NCBI GenBank assembly: GCA_002633005.1
Contig: NMRA01000090.1
Coordinates: forward strand, 509,986-573,985
Source: Phoronis australis
Taxonomy: Eukaryota; Animalia; Phoronida
Reading direction: 5' to 3'
Length of the DNA: 64,000 nt
Numbering within the stretch: position 1 is the first letter of the stretch; every line of letters begins with the position of its first letter. Below, one piece after another: positions 1 to 14,700 of the stretch. Both the position numbers and the translations under genes were made by a program. The notes under the pieces were generated by a model. That model saw only the letters and a list, made by a program, of their open reading frames with translations, was not told the origin of the DNA and did no database searches.

Positions 1-2596
1 GGCAGCCGAGAAGATATGGCAACACGAAGAAGAGGAAAATTCAAGAGGGCCACCCCTCATTTTTGTTGATAACTTCTCGAGGTGATCAAGTCCATTGATA
101 GAATAGATTCTCTATGTTTTCCCTTTTTGAGAAATTGTACAACCTCAATAGGAATCTGGGTAGTTCAGTGGTATATTGTAGTTTCCGGAACAATGCTTCT
201 CTATACCAACCGGGGAAAACCGATCTCGCCGTGGACCCTTGCCATCAAGAAGTTTGAAGTAAGGTCCTATTGTGTTATACAAGGCAATTATCGAATTAGT
301 GATGTCTTCACGGCAATAAAATACTGGGTGAAATAAACTGAAATGTTAAGGACAGAAACTGTTTTTTGACTGCTGAAATTGAAATCCTCATAAATTTTAG
401 CTTAGAATCCTTCTTTAGCAGATAAAATGCGATGAAAATTTGCCAAAGCGCTGCGATGAATTTTTATTTCTCAATCAGCGTGGTAGATATTGGCGTTTGG
501 GTCGTGACATCGGACAAAAGACGAAACCTAGCGATTAACAAAAGAAATATTGATATCAGGCCTCTGATATGTAATATGGACTAAACAGGAGTTAGTTGTA
601 TTGCTTTATGTTAAGGACGGTCACTTCTTACAGGGTTACACTATGATGTGCAATTCTACTGTCACTGCCGTATTCTATTTTTTACGATATTTAACCTTAC
701 ATATTAAAGGTGTACTCTTTTAGACGGGTTCAAAATCGGAGGGAATGTCCGAGGCAATTGCCTTTTTTCCGTTTTATGAATACAACTATTCACGAGGGGA
801 AGAAGATAAGATCCAAATTCATAAAAAACAAAAAAGCTGTATTAATACATTCGGCCCAAGGAATAAAAAATAAAGCTATTGAAAGTTTCCAAAATTAAAA
901 ACAATCATAATAACAATTTGACCGGACATGCGAAAGGTTGTCATGTAAATTACTAAGCGGCTTCGAAAATTAGTACTTAGATCTAATCGATCTTAATCTT
1001 TCTCAACTCCCCGGAGCATGCAATGGGTGCAACGGTTTCGAAGCACACCGATTTATCCAAACACATAACGTAGAAATTCCAAGTACTTAATTGTCCCCCC
1101 TGGTTACATGAACCGGAAAAAATCCAAGACCTGCAAACTTTTGGATTAGTAAGATGTCGCTGTGGATGTACATTGTATATTCCTATGTTTGGGTGCAAAT
1201 CGCCTCGTAATAGTGGTAGATAAGTCATTACTAAACATCCGATATTCGTTGCTATACTTAAAAATGTACTATTATAATGAACATGTAGTTAATGGCATAA
1301 CACATTGCAAATCTAGACTTTTCAGTGTTCACTGTATGTTTTGCAATGAGTGTTTTTCTAATCATTAAAACACCATTTCAAGGAAAAGCTATCTCACACA
1401 TGAACCATAAAATGTGTTGAAACACGGGTTATGTTTGAAATTACACCTTTAGGGGATTGCATTGGTATAAAGATTGGTTGAACACGAGTTTGAAATGTCA
1501 TCAAAAATTAGGGCATTTCATTGTTAGGTAGTACCTAAATTGCAAATAATGAAATAGTTCATTTAAAAAAACAAAGGGATATCTTAAACCTTTCTACACC
1601 ATGATAAAAATTAATTTCCATTCCAACAATATCTTTCACGGTGTCAACATGATTAGTCAAAGCGTCCAAAACTGGACAATTTCAAATCAATGACACCTAA
1701 CCCTTTTAGACAGTAGGCATTAATATATCGTTAGCATTAAAATAGCAGGGGAAACTTGCCATGGACACTAATTTGCGAGTGCTTTCGTGAATTCAATGAT
1801 TAGGCCATTAACGGGAATAAAGTGTAGTTTTACAATTTCAAACTAAATTTTTAACCACTGAGAATCCTGCAGGTTAAGTGGCTTGTTGTTAAACTATGTT
1901 CTGTCACCGTATATAAAACATTTCTAATATCTAACCTACATCGTATTGTTACGGATTCTCAGCTGTACTCATTCATACGTGAGTTTTGTTCATTTAATCA
2001 GTTTCATAGAAATTGGGAGAACCTACTTTTACAGTAGTCTAGAATTACTAGTTTGTACTGCGATGGTTTGTTTGCAATGTATTATTAAGTACTCCCATTT
2101 GTTGCATGTCATTAACGTATTTATTCGTTTTTCATCGCGAGTCTTCCTGTGTGACCACAGAACCAGTTTTCAGGAATTTTCTGTCTTGACATTACTTTAT
2201 TTTATATGTCATTTGTAAAGGAACACCACCGAAATTTCAAACCCTTCTCAAGCGACTGCAATGTCGCCCACGTCTCAAAGTCTCGCTCTCGTGTTACAAA
2301 AGACTACACATTGTATTTGGATTATTCCCCGGCTTTTGGCACGGTCCTGATAATAATGTGTAACTTAAGCGAAACTTTGACGCTAACTTGTTCCTCAGAA
2401 CATTGTTCACTGTTTCAAAATGTCGGATCAGATTATTTTTTAAAACTTCGACTAAATACCAATACCCTGAACACTGTGCCTCAGGAATCCCAGTCCAGCA
2501 ATCGGGTAAATATGACGTAACACATTCCGGAGTAAATGATTAAAAACTACATTCATTAGAAAACCGACCCAAAATATATGTGTAAATAACTTTTAG

Positions 2597-2761
2597 GACC
2601 GCATTGTGGAACACCATCTATGAACGCTAACACTACGGCACTCTGGGATTCTGGGACTGCAAATTATTCCTGCATTATTGGATATGAACCATCTGGTGGC
2701 AACGTGAATCGTTCATGTGGAACAGATGGCAACTGGACAGGAAATGCTTTGGAATGCTCAC
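2597..2761 (+). CDS. Sushi/CCP exon (165 nt, phase 1-1)
   Basis: ttttag|GACCG...TCAC|gtaagt; PHCGTP...YSCIIGY...SCGTDGNWTGNALEC. Confidence 0.85.
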
Positions 2762-5700
2762 GTAAGTTGATAATTCGAGTAAAAAAATTGGAAAGTTTCC
2801 GGTCATTCTTGAGACTCATACCGTGGTTCAGAATCAAACCATTCGCTCTACTTTGAAGTAGCACTTGTAGTGCTAATAGAATTTGGACCGGAAATTCAGT
2901 GCTATGCTCCAGTAAGTTGGTGTCACGGTTTCCAAATGGTATGGTAATTGTGCGGTCGTATGCACAGCTGCCGGAGCCTCTGGTAGACACCCCATAGCCA
3001 CGTGGAACCAAACTACGTACACCAAATGGTGTTAATCATCGTTTTTGAATATGTAAGCATGCTGTGACAGTTTAATTGGAAACAATTGTTCGTATATTGC
3101 AGCTAAGTATTCAAAGGAAAGCCGGCGACGCTAATTAAAAATTCCATAGTCATTCAGAATAAGTTAATGGACTGACTATAGTTCTAATGAACTGGCAATT
3201 CACTGAGCACGTAGACATTTTGGAAGGCATCTTTGATTATCAAAGATCAACTCGATTGTTTGACGGGTTCTGTTTCATTAGAGTAATTGAAAACCCAAGT
3301 GAAATACTTACGCCTCCATAGTTTTTTGGTATGCAACAGTTAGCAAATGACAGCTAAAATGCTTACAAATTAATTGATAATGTAGCAGGATCTATTTTCA
3401 AGGTTTCAAAAATAGGTGAGAAGGGAGTGAGAAGAAATGTCTGCTTAAGCCACTTTCATTAAACGGATCCTACTTACCCATGTAGACCACTGACAGAGTC
3501 GTTACATTTTACGTAGTTGTTACATTCACGCCGAACACACATGCGAGAAATGTACCATTATAACATTTTACGAAACCCATGTCATATTGCAAAGAAAATG
3601 ACCAAAATTACGGTGGTATCTGACACGGCCGGGGGTTACTCGAGTATTTTTAGACGAACAGTGGCGCCCGGAAATTTGAATACCTACCCTTTTGGGCGCT
3701 ACTTTTCGTATACATCTTCTATAGGAATGCCCTGCGGGCTGACGCGACATTAATTTAGCTGCATTTTATCGTTTTCATTGGTATTACATTACTAATATCA
3801 CTTCTCTTACTCGTTATCGTTTTCGTTATCCTGATTATTATTGTTTTCAAATTTATTTAACGAGGGCAGAATACATGTTTAGCAAAGTGCTAACATATCA
3901 TGAACCTCAAAGATTATAAAATCATCCCATTTATTGTCCAACGTTGTCATCGGGATTTCTATAGGGGGTAGCGAGTGCAGTTCCAAAAGGATTTCAAATG
4001 GGGCTTCTAAGTCCAGGTTTAACGATATTGTGAGGAACGTCTTGACAGCTGTGGATGCAGAGTACGCATACCTTTTGGAAACGAGGGGGTTGAGATTTAT
4101 AATCTTGTTTATACAAGCACCAAATTAAAAAATTGATTATTTCTGCACTATCGGCAACCGCTATATTATTTGTAAATAAAACTGTGTCCATCTGTAGTTT
4201 GCCACGAAGAACTGAATTCAGACTGTAACATTGTCTCTTGTTGAAAACATTTTTGTTCAAGAACAGGGGATTGTTTCATGATGATGTGTAAGTTCAAAAT
4301 TGCGTTACATTGAACTCTGGAGGTAGGCATTTTTCGAGAACTAACGACTAGTCACCTGCGATCACCGGGTCATTAGATTAGCCGGTAACGGACGCACAAG
4401 ACACGCAACAATTTTATTTGGAATGGCCCCCAATATTCTTAGAAAAAACACAGTGATTTAACAGAATGATTTGAACTAGGTTTCATTGAAAGTTGATTGT
4501 GTGGAACAAAATCCGCCAACGTCGAAGTCATCGATGTTTAATATGAGCATTTAATACAATGCATCAAAAAGATTAAAATGCAATGCATCAAAAAGATTAA
4601 TGTACCAAATTCTCTTATCTAGGAGCTGCAACACAAAAATGGCGCCTCATGATACACGTGACTTCACCCCCATTATTAAGAGAATGTCCAGTCTTTATCC
4701 TTATTTGTACATACTTCGAACTAACGACCATTAGCAATTTTAATTCATAGTTTATTTAAAAGGTAATTGAAAGAGAAATTGCAGTCAGCTTTTTTGGACC
4801 ATTGCCACTTTAAACCATTGATTTAGACCAGGTTTGAACAAAATGATCATATCCCTTCAGAGATCTTGGCATCCCATTTTTACGTATGCACGTCACTGTT
4901 TGACCTGTTGTTACCACCACTATTTCAGACAGGTTTGACATCATAGGAACAATGATATCTTTTCCGTCTCTATGCCGCCACTTTTTTGAATTTTTGGTCG
5001 CCATTCTCAAAGGCGATATTTTGCTGTTGCTTTGGCAAAATCTGTTCGGCAAATAGATGCGTGCTTTTATTTCCTTCAACCACAATGTGTTTGAGAAAAT
5101 GTCATTCGTAACTAAGGTGATAGACAGCACCCATCGGCATCTGAAACTTTGGTTTTGCTCCTTTTGTGTGAAGCAGAGCAATTACTGCATTAGCGATGAC
5201 TCCAAGGCAATAAAACACTGACCGAAATAAACCAACCTATCGTGGACTAAAACTGATGTCTTTTCTATTAAATTGGTCTCCGAAATTGAGTTCTACATGA
5301 ACAATTTTGTTATTGTCGTTCGTTCCCGAAAAAATACGATAAATATTAGCCAAATACGATGACATTGTTGTTCTTACAAAGGGAAGTGTGTTTACTGTAA
5401 TGTCGGATAAAAATTGGTTCATGAGCGTCAACAAAAGAATTGAAAAACGCTTTAACGATAAAAACCTTGTTACCTGATCCTGGAAACTCCTTTCGTGTGG
5501 AGTTGAAACTGTACGCTGTACATTTTTACTATACAATTAAACTTCTCGTGTTCAAAAAACATGGAAAGTACATAGGGACACATCTATAAAGTCGACCTGG
5601 CACATTTAATAGAATTTCGTTCACACAATCTGAGAAAGAAGGCGTTTAGTGTGTGAACGGTTTTCCTCCGTGTTACAAATACCTTGCAAACTCATGAATA

Positions 5701-8700
5701 TGACGTCGCTTTCTTAAAAATGTAACAACTTGTTTCATTTCAGGAGAGGCCCAGCAACGTAAAATGTAACAATGGCATAAAATGTAACAATTGTTACATT
5801 TTATGAAATTGTTACGGCGTATCAGGGCGCTCGTGGGATTTGAGAAATCAAATGTGATAACTTGGTGAATTTATATATGGAAGTGAATATCATATTTGAG
5901 AAAAATGTGTGTAAAGTCCTTGGATGTGGTGGTTGGCAATTTGGAATAAGAAGTTTTACCTTTGCAGGAAAACCTTGTGGTTTGCCAAACACAAACGAAA
6001 ATACAAGAGTTACGTACTCGTCCATCGTATATGAAGCACAGGCCAACTATTCATGCGACCCAGGATACAAATACTTATATGGAAGTGAAACCCGTATATG
6101 TGAAGCGGATGGAACGTGGTCTGGTAGTGCTTTAGAGTGTAAGAGTGAGTATATGTTCACTGAATGAAGTTCCAGTTCAGGTAACTGGAAAAAAAATCTA
6201 AAATAATACTTTTGGAAATTTTTTGCCGTTCTTTCATCATTCAATTCTTTTCAGTTACACGAAATTTTGTGATGACAAAGTGATGTTATGGTTGCTATTT
6301 GAAAGATTGTCTGTAAATAAAAAGAACCGAAGTTTTAGAACAACTAATTTGCCTGTGAGAAAGAATGCTGTTTTTCACCCGTGAGGTTGATCGGATAAGA
6401 AACGCAACATATAGTGTGCAAAGAAAGAAAGAAAGAAAGAAAGAAAAAAGAAAGTAGCCCACTTCACTTTCGTCAAATAATAATAGTGCATTAAGGAAAC
6501 AGACAATCAAGAGCACTTATCAAGTCAGAAAATCTTGAATAACTAAAACGGTAAGTTGTATGGCGAGAAACCAGTAACACAAGTGGATTATTTCTGCACC
6601 CTACCAAGAAAGCGCCCCATAAGGGCTCTTTCCGGACGGTTTTGCATCGATAGCTGACTGCTGCACATTTTAGCAGGTCATGAGAACATGCCGATGGTTA
6701 TAATTGGACAGAATTGTTAAAATATGGAACACGTGAACTTCCAAATTCGGGACACAGGACTAGACCATGATATTGTAACATGTTTCACTCAAGTGTTAAA
6801 ATCGGGACACCATACTAGACCGTCCATGCGATTACAACATGGCAAACTGAAGTGTTGAAATGGGTATGTGAACCATGATAACTATGACACAAAGAATGAC
6901 CCCGGAGTGTTACTGTGACATATAAATGTGATACACAGATTGATCACATAATCACAGAATGTGAACTGTGCTAGCTGTGATACAGAAACTAATCACAGAG
7001 TGTAGACTGCTAACTGTGATACATATAAAGATCAAATATTAGAGCATTTGAACTGTTCTAGCTGTGGTATACACAGAATTATCACATAGTGTGGACAGTG
7101 AAAGCTGTGATCAGCAGTGTGGTCACGGAATCTAAACTGGACTGGGGTAGCTGTGATGCAGCTGGGATAGGTGACGTTGTGTAGTGCAGAATGGCCAAGG
7201 ATTGTAAACTAGGATTGAGGTGATGAACGAAATGATGGTTAAAGGGTGTCATCTTGCATGGCCAGGACGGTATTGTGGTGCAGAAGGGAGACGAACATTT
7301 GATGAAGGACAAGACACCGTTCAACGTCAAGTAGTGTGTCTTGAAAACAATAAAGATGTCGAAGTCACAAGCTGTAGTGCTGATTTCAAAACTATTTTGA
7401 ATACGTTTTTGATACAAAGTAAGTACGATTGTTATGCCACTTTTTGAAAACAAATGCTTTGGCGATTGCAGGAAAACTTTGTGGATTGCCAAATGCAAAT
7501 GTAAATACGAAAGTTTCGTATTCGTCCGTCGCATTTGAAGGACAGGCCAACTATACGTGCGACCTGGGATACAGATATTCATCCGGAAGCGAATCCCGCA
7601 TTTGTGGAGCGAATGGCTTGTGGTCTGGTAGTGCTTTAGAGTGTACTAAGAGTGAGTATATTTTTATTAGACAAAAACTTTAGTGTTTAGGAAATCAAGC
7701 AATTTTAAGGAGATTACTAGCCGAGTGTGTGTGCTTCTGTACTGGTTTTGGTCAGGGTTTTATATAAAAATACTGCAACGAAACGGTTGGTCATTGTTGG
7801 CACAAGGTAATCAGTGGTAAAATTTCTGAAGTAAGTGCATCGACGTTAAAACTACGGTGCATTAAACGATTTTGTTGTGACCAAGTGCACAGGATACCTA
7901 CGAATGAAATCAACAAATGATAAGAACGTAATAGGCCCACAACTGACTTCAAACTGGATTGTATGTGATGGAAGTACCAAGTCTGATTGTTATTGAGATT
8001 TCCCCTACACGATGCACGGACCCAGTCCCAGTATGATTTTTCGTTTACACTAATGATGTTTAACTCGTATGAGTGACTTATTAATCCAAGCTCCTCACTT
8101 GATGAGCTCAAACTCATAGCTTCGAGTTAGAGCCTGAACTTTCTAATTTCAATTGAAATTAATTCTCTCTTCTGCATAAACCACCATATATTCCGAGTAC
8201 AAAGTGCAAGTCAAAGATTCCAATTTGAGTTTTTACTAAAATAAAACTGAATATATCAAAATAATTTCAAATGCTAGTTGCAGTTGGCAGCCTAAACGTC
8301 ATTTCCGGTATCTAAAAAGTTAAAACTATTGGCTATTTTCATGTAAGCTGGCGCCATGTATTGCAAAAATACCTTTTCCAAGCACTGTCGTCAACTCGAA
8401 AGTATCATCATTAATAATTTCGACAGGGAATCTAGAATCATAAAGTGAAATGTAAATGCTCATTTGGCTTGATGGAATAAATAGAAATTTGAAATTTTTC
8501 GACAAAAATCATGATGCTAGTCATTTCAGCTGTTGGATGGGCGTGACTATTGCAATAATCAGGGGTGCGCTCTCGTGTTTCAAGACACTACTCATTTTAT
8601 TTGGATTATTACCCTGATTTGGCATTGTCGTGATAATGATTTAAGATTTAATCGAAACTTTGACGTTGTCTGGTTCAAAGCGTCGGCTCTGATTATATTT

Positions 8701-11700
8701 TAAAACTTTGACCAAGTATTAATACCCTGAATACTGTGCTCTAGACATATCGTGCGGCAGTCCTGGAGTGAACAACCATTCCTCAGTCTCGTCTCAGACT
8801 AACCTGTTTGGAGACACAGCTTACTATTCATGCGACACAGGATACAGACCTTCAGGTGGAGCTGTAAACCGTACTTGTGATGCTAATGGAAACTGGACCG
8901 GAAATGCCTTGGAATGTTCAAGTAAGTATTAGCTTTTTAGCAACGTTCACGCGATATTTTTGATTCCTCCAAAATAAAAAATAACAGCCAATAGGCCACA
9001 TTTACGCAGCACTGTGAATCACTAAGCTCTCCGAAAATTATTGGGGGGAGGGGCTACCTGGCTATGGGCCTGAAGTCAATCTTACTATTTCCTATCTCCA
9101 TGGGTCTGGGAGAATTTGAATGGAAGCAACTGGTGTCGGCGCACACTGATTAATCCAAACGCATAATTTTGCAAAAGCTAATCGATCATCTTGGCTACCA
9201 CCTGGATCGAAAATATCCGTGGCGTAAAAATTGTTAAAAAATTAGTGTGACTGCATTTCTGTTCCTATTTGACGGTTCAAATCGTGTCAAAACAATGGAA
9301 AATATGGCATCACTATACATCTACATACTAGCGACTGAGAAGGTAGCTCATCTACGTGTTTACACGCAGCACGACAAAATCAGCAGGACTGAGCACTGAA
9401 ACTTTTCACATTATTGTGAAATATGTGGCCTGCTAGTTACTGCAAAGTACATGAAAATGCTTTTGGCGCAGTAGGGACTTGTTTACTATTCCAGAAGTAA
9501 GCTGTGGTATTCCGAATGCTAATCCAAATTCCAAAGTTATATCCGGGTCTAACTCGTTTGGTGACACCGCGTACTACTCTTGCGATTCCGGATATGACAC
9601 CTCGGGTGGGTCGTCTTCTCGAACCTGTGGCGCTGATGGACAGTGGACTGGAAATGCGCTCGAATGCACAGGTGAGGAATAGTGTTGAAAAGGTTGCCCT
9701 TACAGTCAGTTTGCACTAGCATATATTGGGCTTTCGTAATTGTGTGTAAAACTTGTTTTATATCCAGCTATTAATTTCACAAGAAACTAAAGCGCGGTGC
9801 CGAATGGGCTTAACGTTTTGCACAGCTAAATGATTTTTTAACTCCTCATCAGCACTGGACTAGTTTTACGATGACAACAAATTAGTCGAGATATAGGAGG
9901 CTGGAATCGTATTTTCCAGTATCGATATGCATGTACTAGTTTCACCACTTTCAGTGAACTTAGAAATTCAAGACTGTATTTCGTTTTACATTTTGTCTAC
10001 AGTTATTGGAAGCTGCGGCTTTCAGAAATTTCGATGCAACAGTGGACATTGTATCGACGATTATTTGCGATGTGACGGTAAACAAGACTGCCCGGACAAT
10101 TCGGACGAAAGTGGGAGCTGCAGTGTGCAGTGCGCGGCAGACGAGTTTAGTTGTGCTGACGGTTCTAACTGTATCCCCAGTACACAGAAGTGTGATGGAT
10201 ATAGTGACTGTGGCGACGATTCAGATGAAAGCGCTCTTGTTTGTGGTATGTACTAAAGACTATCATGACCTGTTAAAATAGCACTGTTACGTGTATTGAA
10301 CAAACTGGTAGTGACAAGGTCAATGAACTATACGAATGTCACATGTTTCTCTGGTGGCGGAAGGGACTGTTAATAAATTTAGAGCCAGGCTTCTAAAGTA
10401 AACCAGAATTACGTTTGTAATGACCAGGGACTAAGTCAATTAAAAATCTCTGTCCAGCAATCGGATAAATATGACGCTAACATACATGTATGGCGGAGTA
10501 AATGATTATAAACTACAGTTATTAGAAAACCGATTGCGTGTTCAAGCATAGAAGATATATGTGTAAGTAACTTTTAGGACCGAAGTGTGGAACACCATCT
10601 GTGAACGCTAACACTACGGCACTCTGGAATTCTGGTACTGCAAATTATTCCTGCATTATTGGATATGAACCATCTGGTGGCAACGTGAATCGTTCATGTG
10701 GAGCAGACGGCAACTGGACAGGAAATGCTTTGGAATGCTCTCGTAAGTTGATACTTCGATTAAAAAACTTGGAAAGTTGCAGATTATTCTTGAGACTCTT
10801 ATCGTGGTTCAGAATCAAATAATTAGCTCTACTTTGAACCGCACTTGTTGTTTTAATGGAATCTGGACCGGAAATTCAGTGATATGCTCCAGTAAGTTGA
10901 TGTCTCGGTTTCCAAATGGTATGCAAATTGTGTGGTCTTATGCACAGCTGCCGGAACCTCTGGTAGACATCTCATAGCCACATGGAATCAAATCTAAGAA
11001 CACCAAATGGTGATAATCGTCGTTTTTGAATATGTAAGTATGCTGTGACGGTCTATTTGGAAACAACTGTTCGTATATTGCAGCTAAGTATTCAAACGGA
11101 AGCCGGCGACGCTAATTCAAAAAGTCCATAGTCTTTCAGAAAAAGTTAATGAACTGATTATATTTCTAATAAATTGGCAATTCACTGACCACGTGGAAAT
11201 TTTGGAAGGCATCTTAGATTTTCGAAAATCAACTCGATTGTTTTACAGGTTCTGTTTCATAAAAATAATTGAAGACTCAAGTCAAATACTTTCGCTACCT
11301 CAGTTTTTTTGGTATGCAACAGTTTGGAAGTGACAGCTAAAGCTTTTATAAGTTACGTGATAATGTAACTGGATCTGTTTTCAGATACCTTACACTGCGC
11401 TAATGTGATATAGGTTTCAGGAAATAGGTGAGGAGGGGTAAGATGAAATGTGTGCTTAAGCCACTTTTCATTAAACGGATCCAAGTTACCCATGTAGACC
11501 ACTGACAGAGTCGGTAGTTACAATTGGTGTAGCGTTCGTTTAATAAGAAATGTTTTTCAAAAATGTTTTTGTACACATAGCTGATCATCAGACGCATTGA
11601 TATTAGTAATCGTTCCACATTGGATGTCCTTATTCATTAGTTGTCTTCGTAATTCAGTATTATTTGTCGTTATGCAATATTTTTGTTTATTCAATATTGG

Positions 11701-14700
11701 TGGTCGTTAATAATTATTGATGGTCTTCATTCCTTAATGGTTGTCTGTATTGATTTTTGATTCTCGTTACTCACCATTGGTTGCAGTTATTCGTTGTATA
11801 ATGTTTTTATCCATAAATGTTTGTTGTTATTCACTATAGGTTCTAAACATTCATTATTAATTGCCGTTATTCAGGATTTGTTGTCGTTATTCAATATTGA
11901 TTGTCGCGATTCATTGTTGGGTGTCATTTTTTAGTTTTGGTTGTCGTTATTCAGCGCTATTTGCCGTTATTCATCAATGATGGTCGTTATTCTTTTTTGA
12001 CTGTCTTTATTCATTTTTTGTCATCGCTGTTGCAACATGCGACAGTATATGAGGGTACATGTATTGATCATGAAGAGTTTCACTTTGTAGTTCTGCCTCT
12101 TGGCATGCATAAAATGAAGTTTAGTACACAACGTAGAGGGGCTTTGTGGAATTATATGTGATAACTTGATTAATTTTTACATGAAAGAGAAAACCATATT
12201 CGAGAAAAATGTGTGTAAAATTGAATGCGGTAGTTGGCAATTTGGAAAGGGGATTTTCACTTTTGGAGGAAAGCCTTGTGGTTTGCCAAACACAAACGAA
12301 AATACGAGAGTTACGTACTCGACTATCTTATATGAAGCACATGCCAACTATTTAAGCGACTCAAGATAGGAATTCTTATATGGAAGTGAAAGCCGTATAT
12401 GTGAAGCGAATGGAACGTGGTCTGGTTGTGCTTTAGAGTGTAAAAGTGAGTATATATTCATTGAATGAAATTCCAGGTCAGCTAACGACAAAGACTTTTT
12501 AAAATAACACTATTGGAAAACTTGTTATCATTAAATTCTGGCTGCAAGAAATTCTATGATGGTAAAGTAATGTTTTGGTATCTACTTGGAAGATTGACTG
12601 TAAATGATAAGAATCGAAGTTTTAGATTGAACCTCTAATTGCCTGTGAGAAAGAATGCTGTTTTTCACCCTTGAGAATATCATCCGTTATTCCTGCTTTA
12701 ACGTAAGCGATTTTTCAAGATGCGCATGCCTGGTATCGTTGTTAAAGAGGGTTTTTTCACATGCTGAAACCCGTGAATTTCACGATCTCACGATATCTTT
12801 GATGGAATGTGCGGTGGGTAGCCCTAATTCCATGAATTCTGTGTTTTTGTTTCTCAATTAGCAATGGAGAAATAATATAATTTTCATTCTCTTGCAGGTA
12901 TAAACTGTGGCCTTCCCGATGTCAACTCGAACTCAACTGTTACATCAATTACCAACTTATTTGGAGACGTTGCAAGCTATGCATGTGATGTTGGATACGA
13001 GCAATCTGGTGGCAACCGCATTCGAACTTGTTTATCCAATACGTCGTGGAGCGGAACGGCGCTGAAATGTTCACGTAAGTTGGTCTAAAAGCATTACATT
13101 TTCCCTCTATTGAAGCCTGCAACATTCGAAACTGGTTCCATGTGCATTATTGTCAGCATATTTCAAGGGAAATGATTGAGGTTATATTTGTTATATTTCA
13201 ACTAGAGCTGATGCAATACTCACCATTATTCCAGTAAGATTGAACGATCATCCGATATTCTCTCGTGTTTAGGAGTGAACTGTGGTTCTCCTGATGTCAA
13301 TTCCAACTCATCCGTTACTTCAAGTACAAATGAGTTTTGGGACAGCGTGGCCTACAGTTGTAATGAAGGGTACGAGAAAACTGGTGGCAACCTGTCACGA
13401 AGTTGCCAGTCCGATAAGTCATGGAGCGGATCGGCAATTGAGTGCTCAAGTAAGTGACGCCATTTAGAAATCAGTAAATGATCAATGTGGATCTCGTTTG
13501 GATAATATCGCTGCCAATCCCGAAATATTTCCTTTTCAATTCTTCATTAAAAACGCATTCCAAAATAATATGAGATTTTCACAAAGTCTCAAAAATTTTT
13601 TTCACTCAATTCATTTGAAAGTGGGTGCAATAGATAGCCTTTTTAGTTGTGATGTCATTTCAAAATTTACTTTGGCAAAATGAGCTTTTANACCAATCTG
13701 GTGGCAACTTTTCAAGGACTTGTCAGTCGGATAAGTCGTGGAGTGGATCAGCACTGACATGTGCAAGTGAGTTGGCTTATGACTATGGTGTGTGTTGGTG
13801 GCAGAAGAAGTGTCTTGTATCCCTCATTCAAGGAAATTTGCAAAGTGTGAACCTAGACGGATGACCTTGTTTGCATTTGTGAATGATATGCCATTGTTTT
13901 GACCGTTTCACATGATTGGTTTCCCCAATGCTGGTCATATGCCAGTCACTTGCGGCGTGATTTATTTGCTCTTGAACGCACTCGAACATGGAGATTTGGT
14001 TTATGATTCTCGTACTACAACGTGTACTCCGTTCCTTCTCTACTATTTGTAATCATTTTTATGTTAAAATTGCATCGCCTTGAGTTATAAATGCGAATCC
14101 ATGCAGAATGTTGCCTTTTTTAGGTTTAACTTTGTTTGATCTTGGGAAATCCGTAAATTTTATCTCTTGAGGTGCAACTGTATTGACTTTCTCATGTTAA
14201 ACAATTTAATTATCACCATTACTTCGATCTTATCTAAAGGAGAAAGCTGTGGTTTCCCTGACGTTAATTCTAACTCAACCGTTACGTCNTGCAAAGTGTG
14301 AACCTGGACGGATGACCTTATATGCATTTGTGAATGATATGCCATTGTTTTGACCGTTTCAGATGAATGGTTTCATCAATGCTGGTCATATGCCAGACCC
14401 TTGCGGCGTGATTTATTTGCTCTTGAACGCACTCGAACATGGAGATTTGGTTTATGATGCTCGTATTACAACGTGTATTCCGTTCCTTCTCTACTAATTG
14501 TAATCATTTTTACGTTACATTTGCAACGTCTTGAGTTATAAATGCGAATACATGCAGAATTTTGCCTTTTATAGGTTTAACTTTGTTCGATCTTGCAAAA
14601 ATCCGTATATTCTATCTCTTGAGGTGCAACTGTATTGACTTTCTCATGTTAAACAATTTGAGTGTCACCATTACTTTGATCTTATCTAAAGGAGAAAGCT

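Noticed and set aside
1-1877. Possible piggyBac-like element ending ...cctgcagg|ttaa
   Set aside because: Only one putative end is visible and there is no coding remnant
4810-5536. Two minus-strand ORFs inside the TE-like block as a possible transposase
   Set aside because: No DDE, helicase or RT motif recognisable by eye
7082-7582. 166-aa minus-strand ORF
   Set aside because: Partly antisense to a Sushi exon; no recognisable motifs
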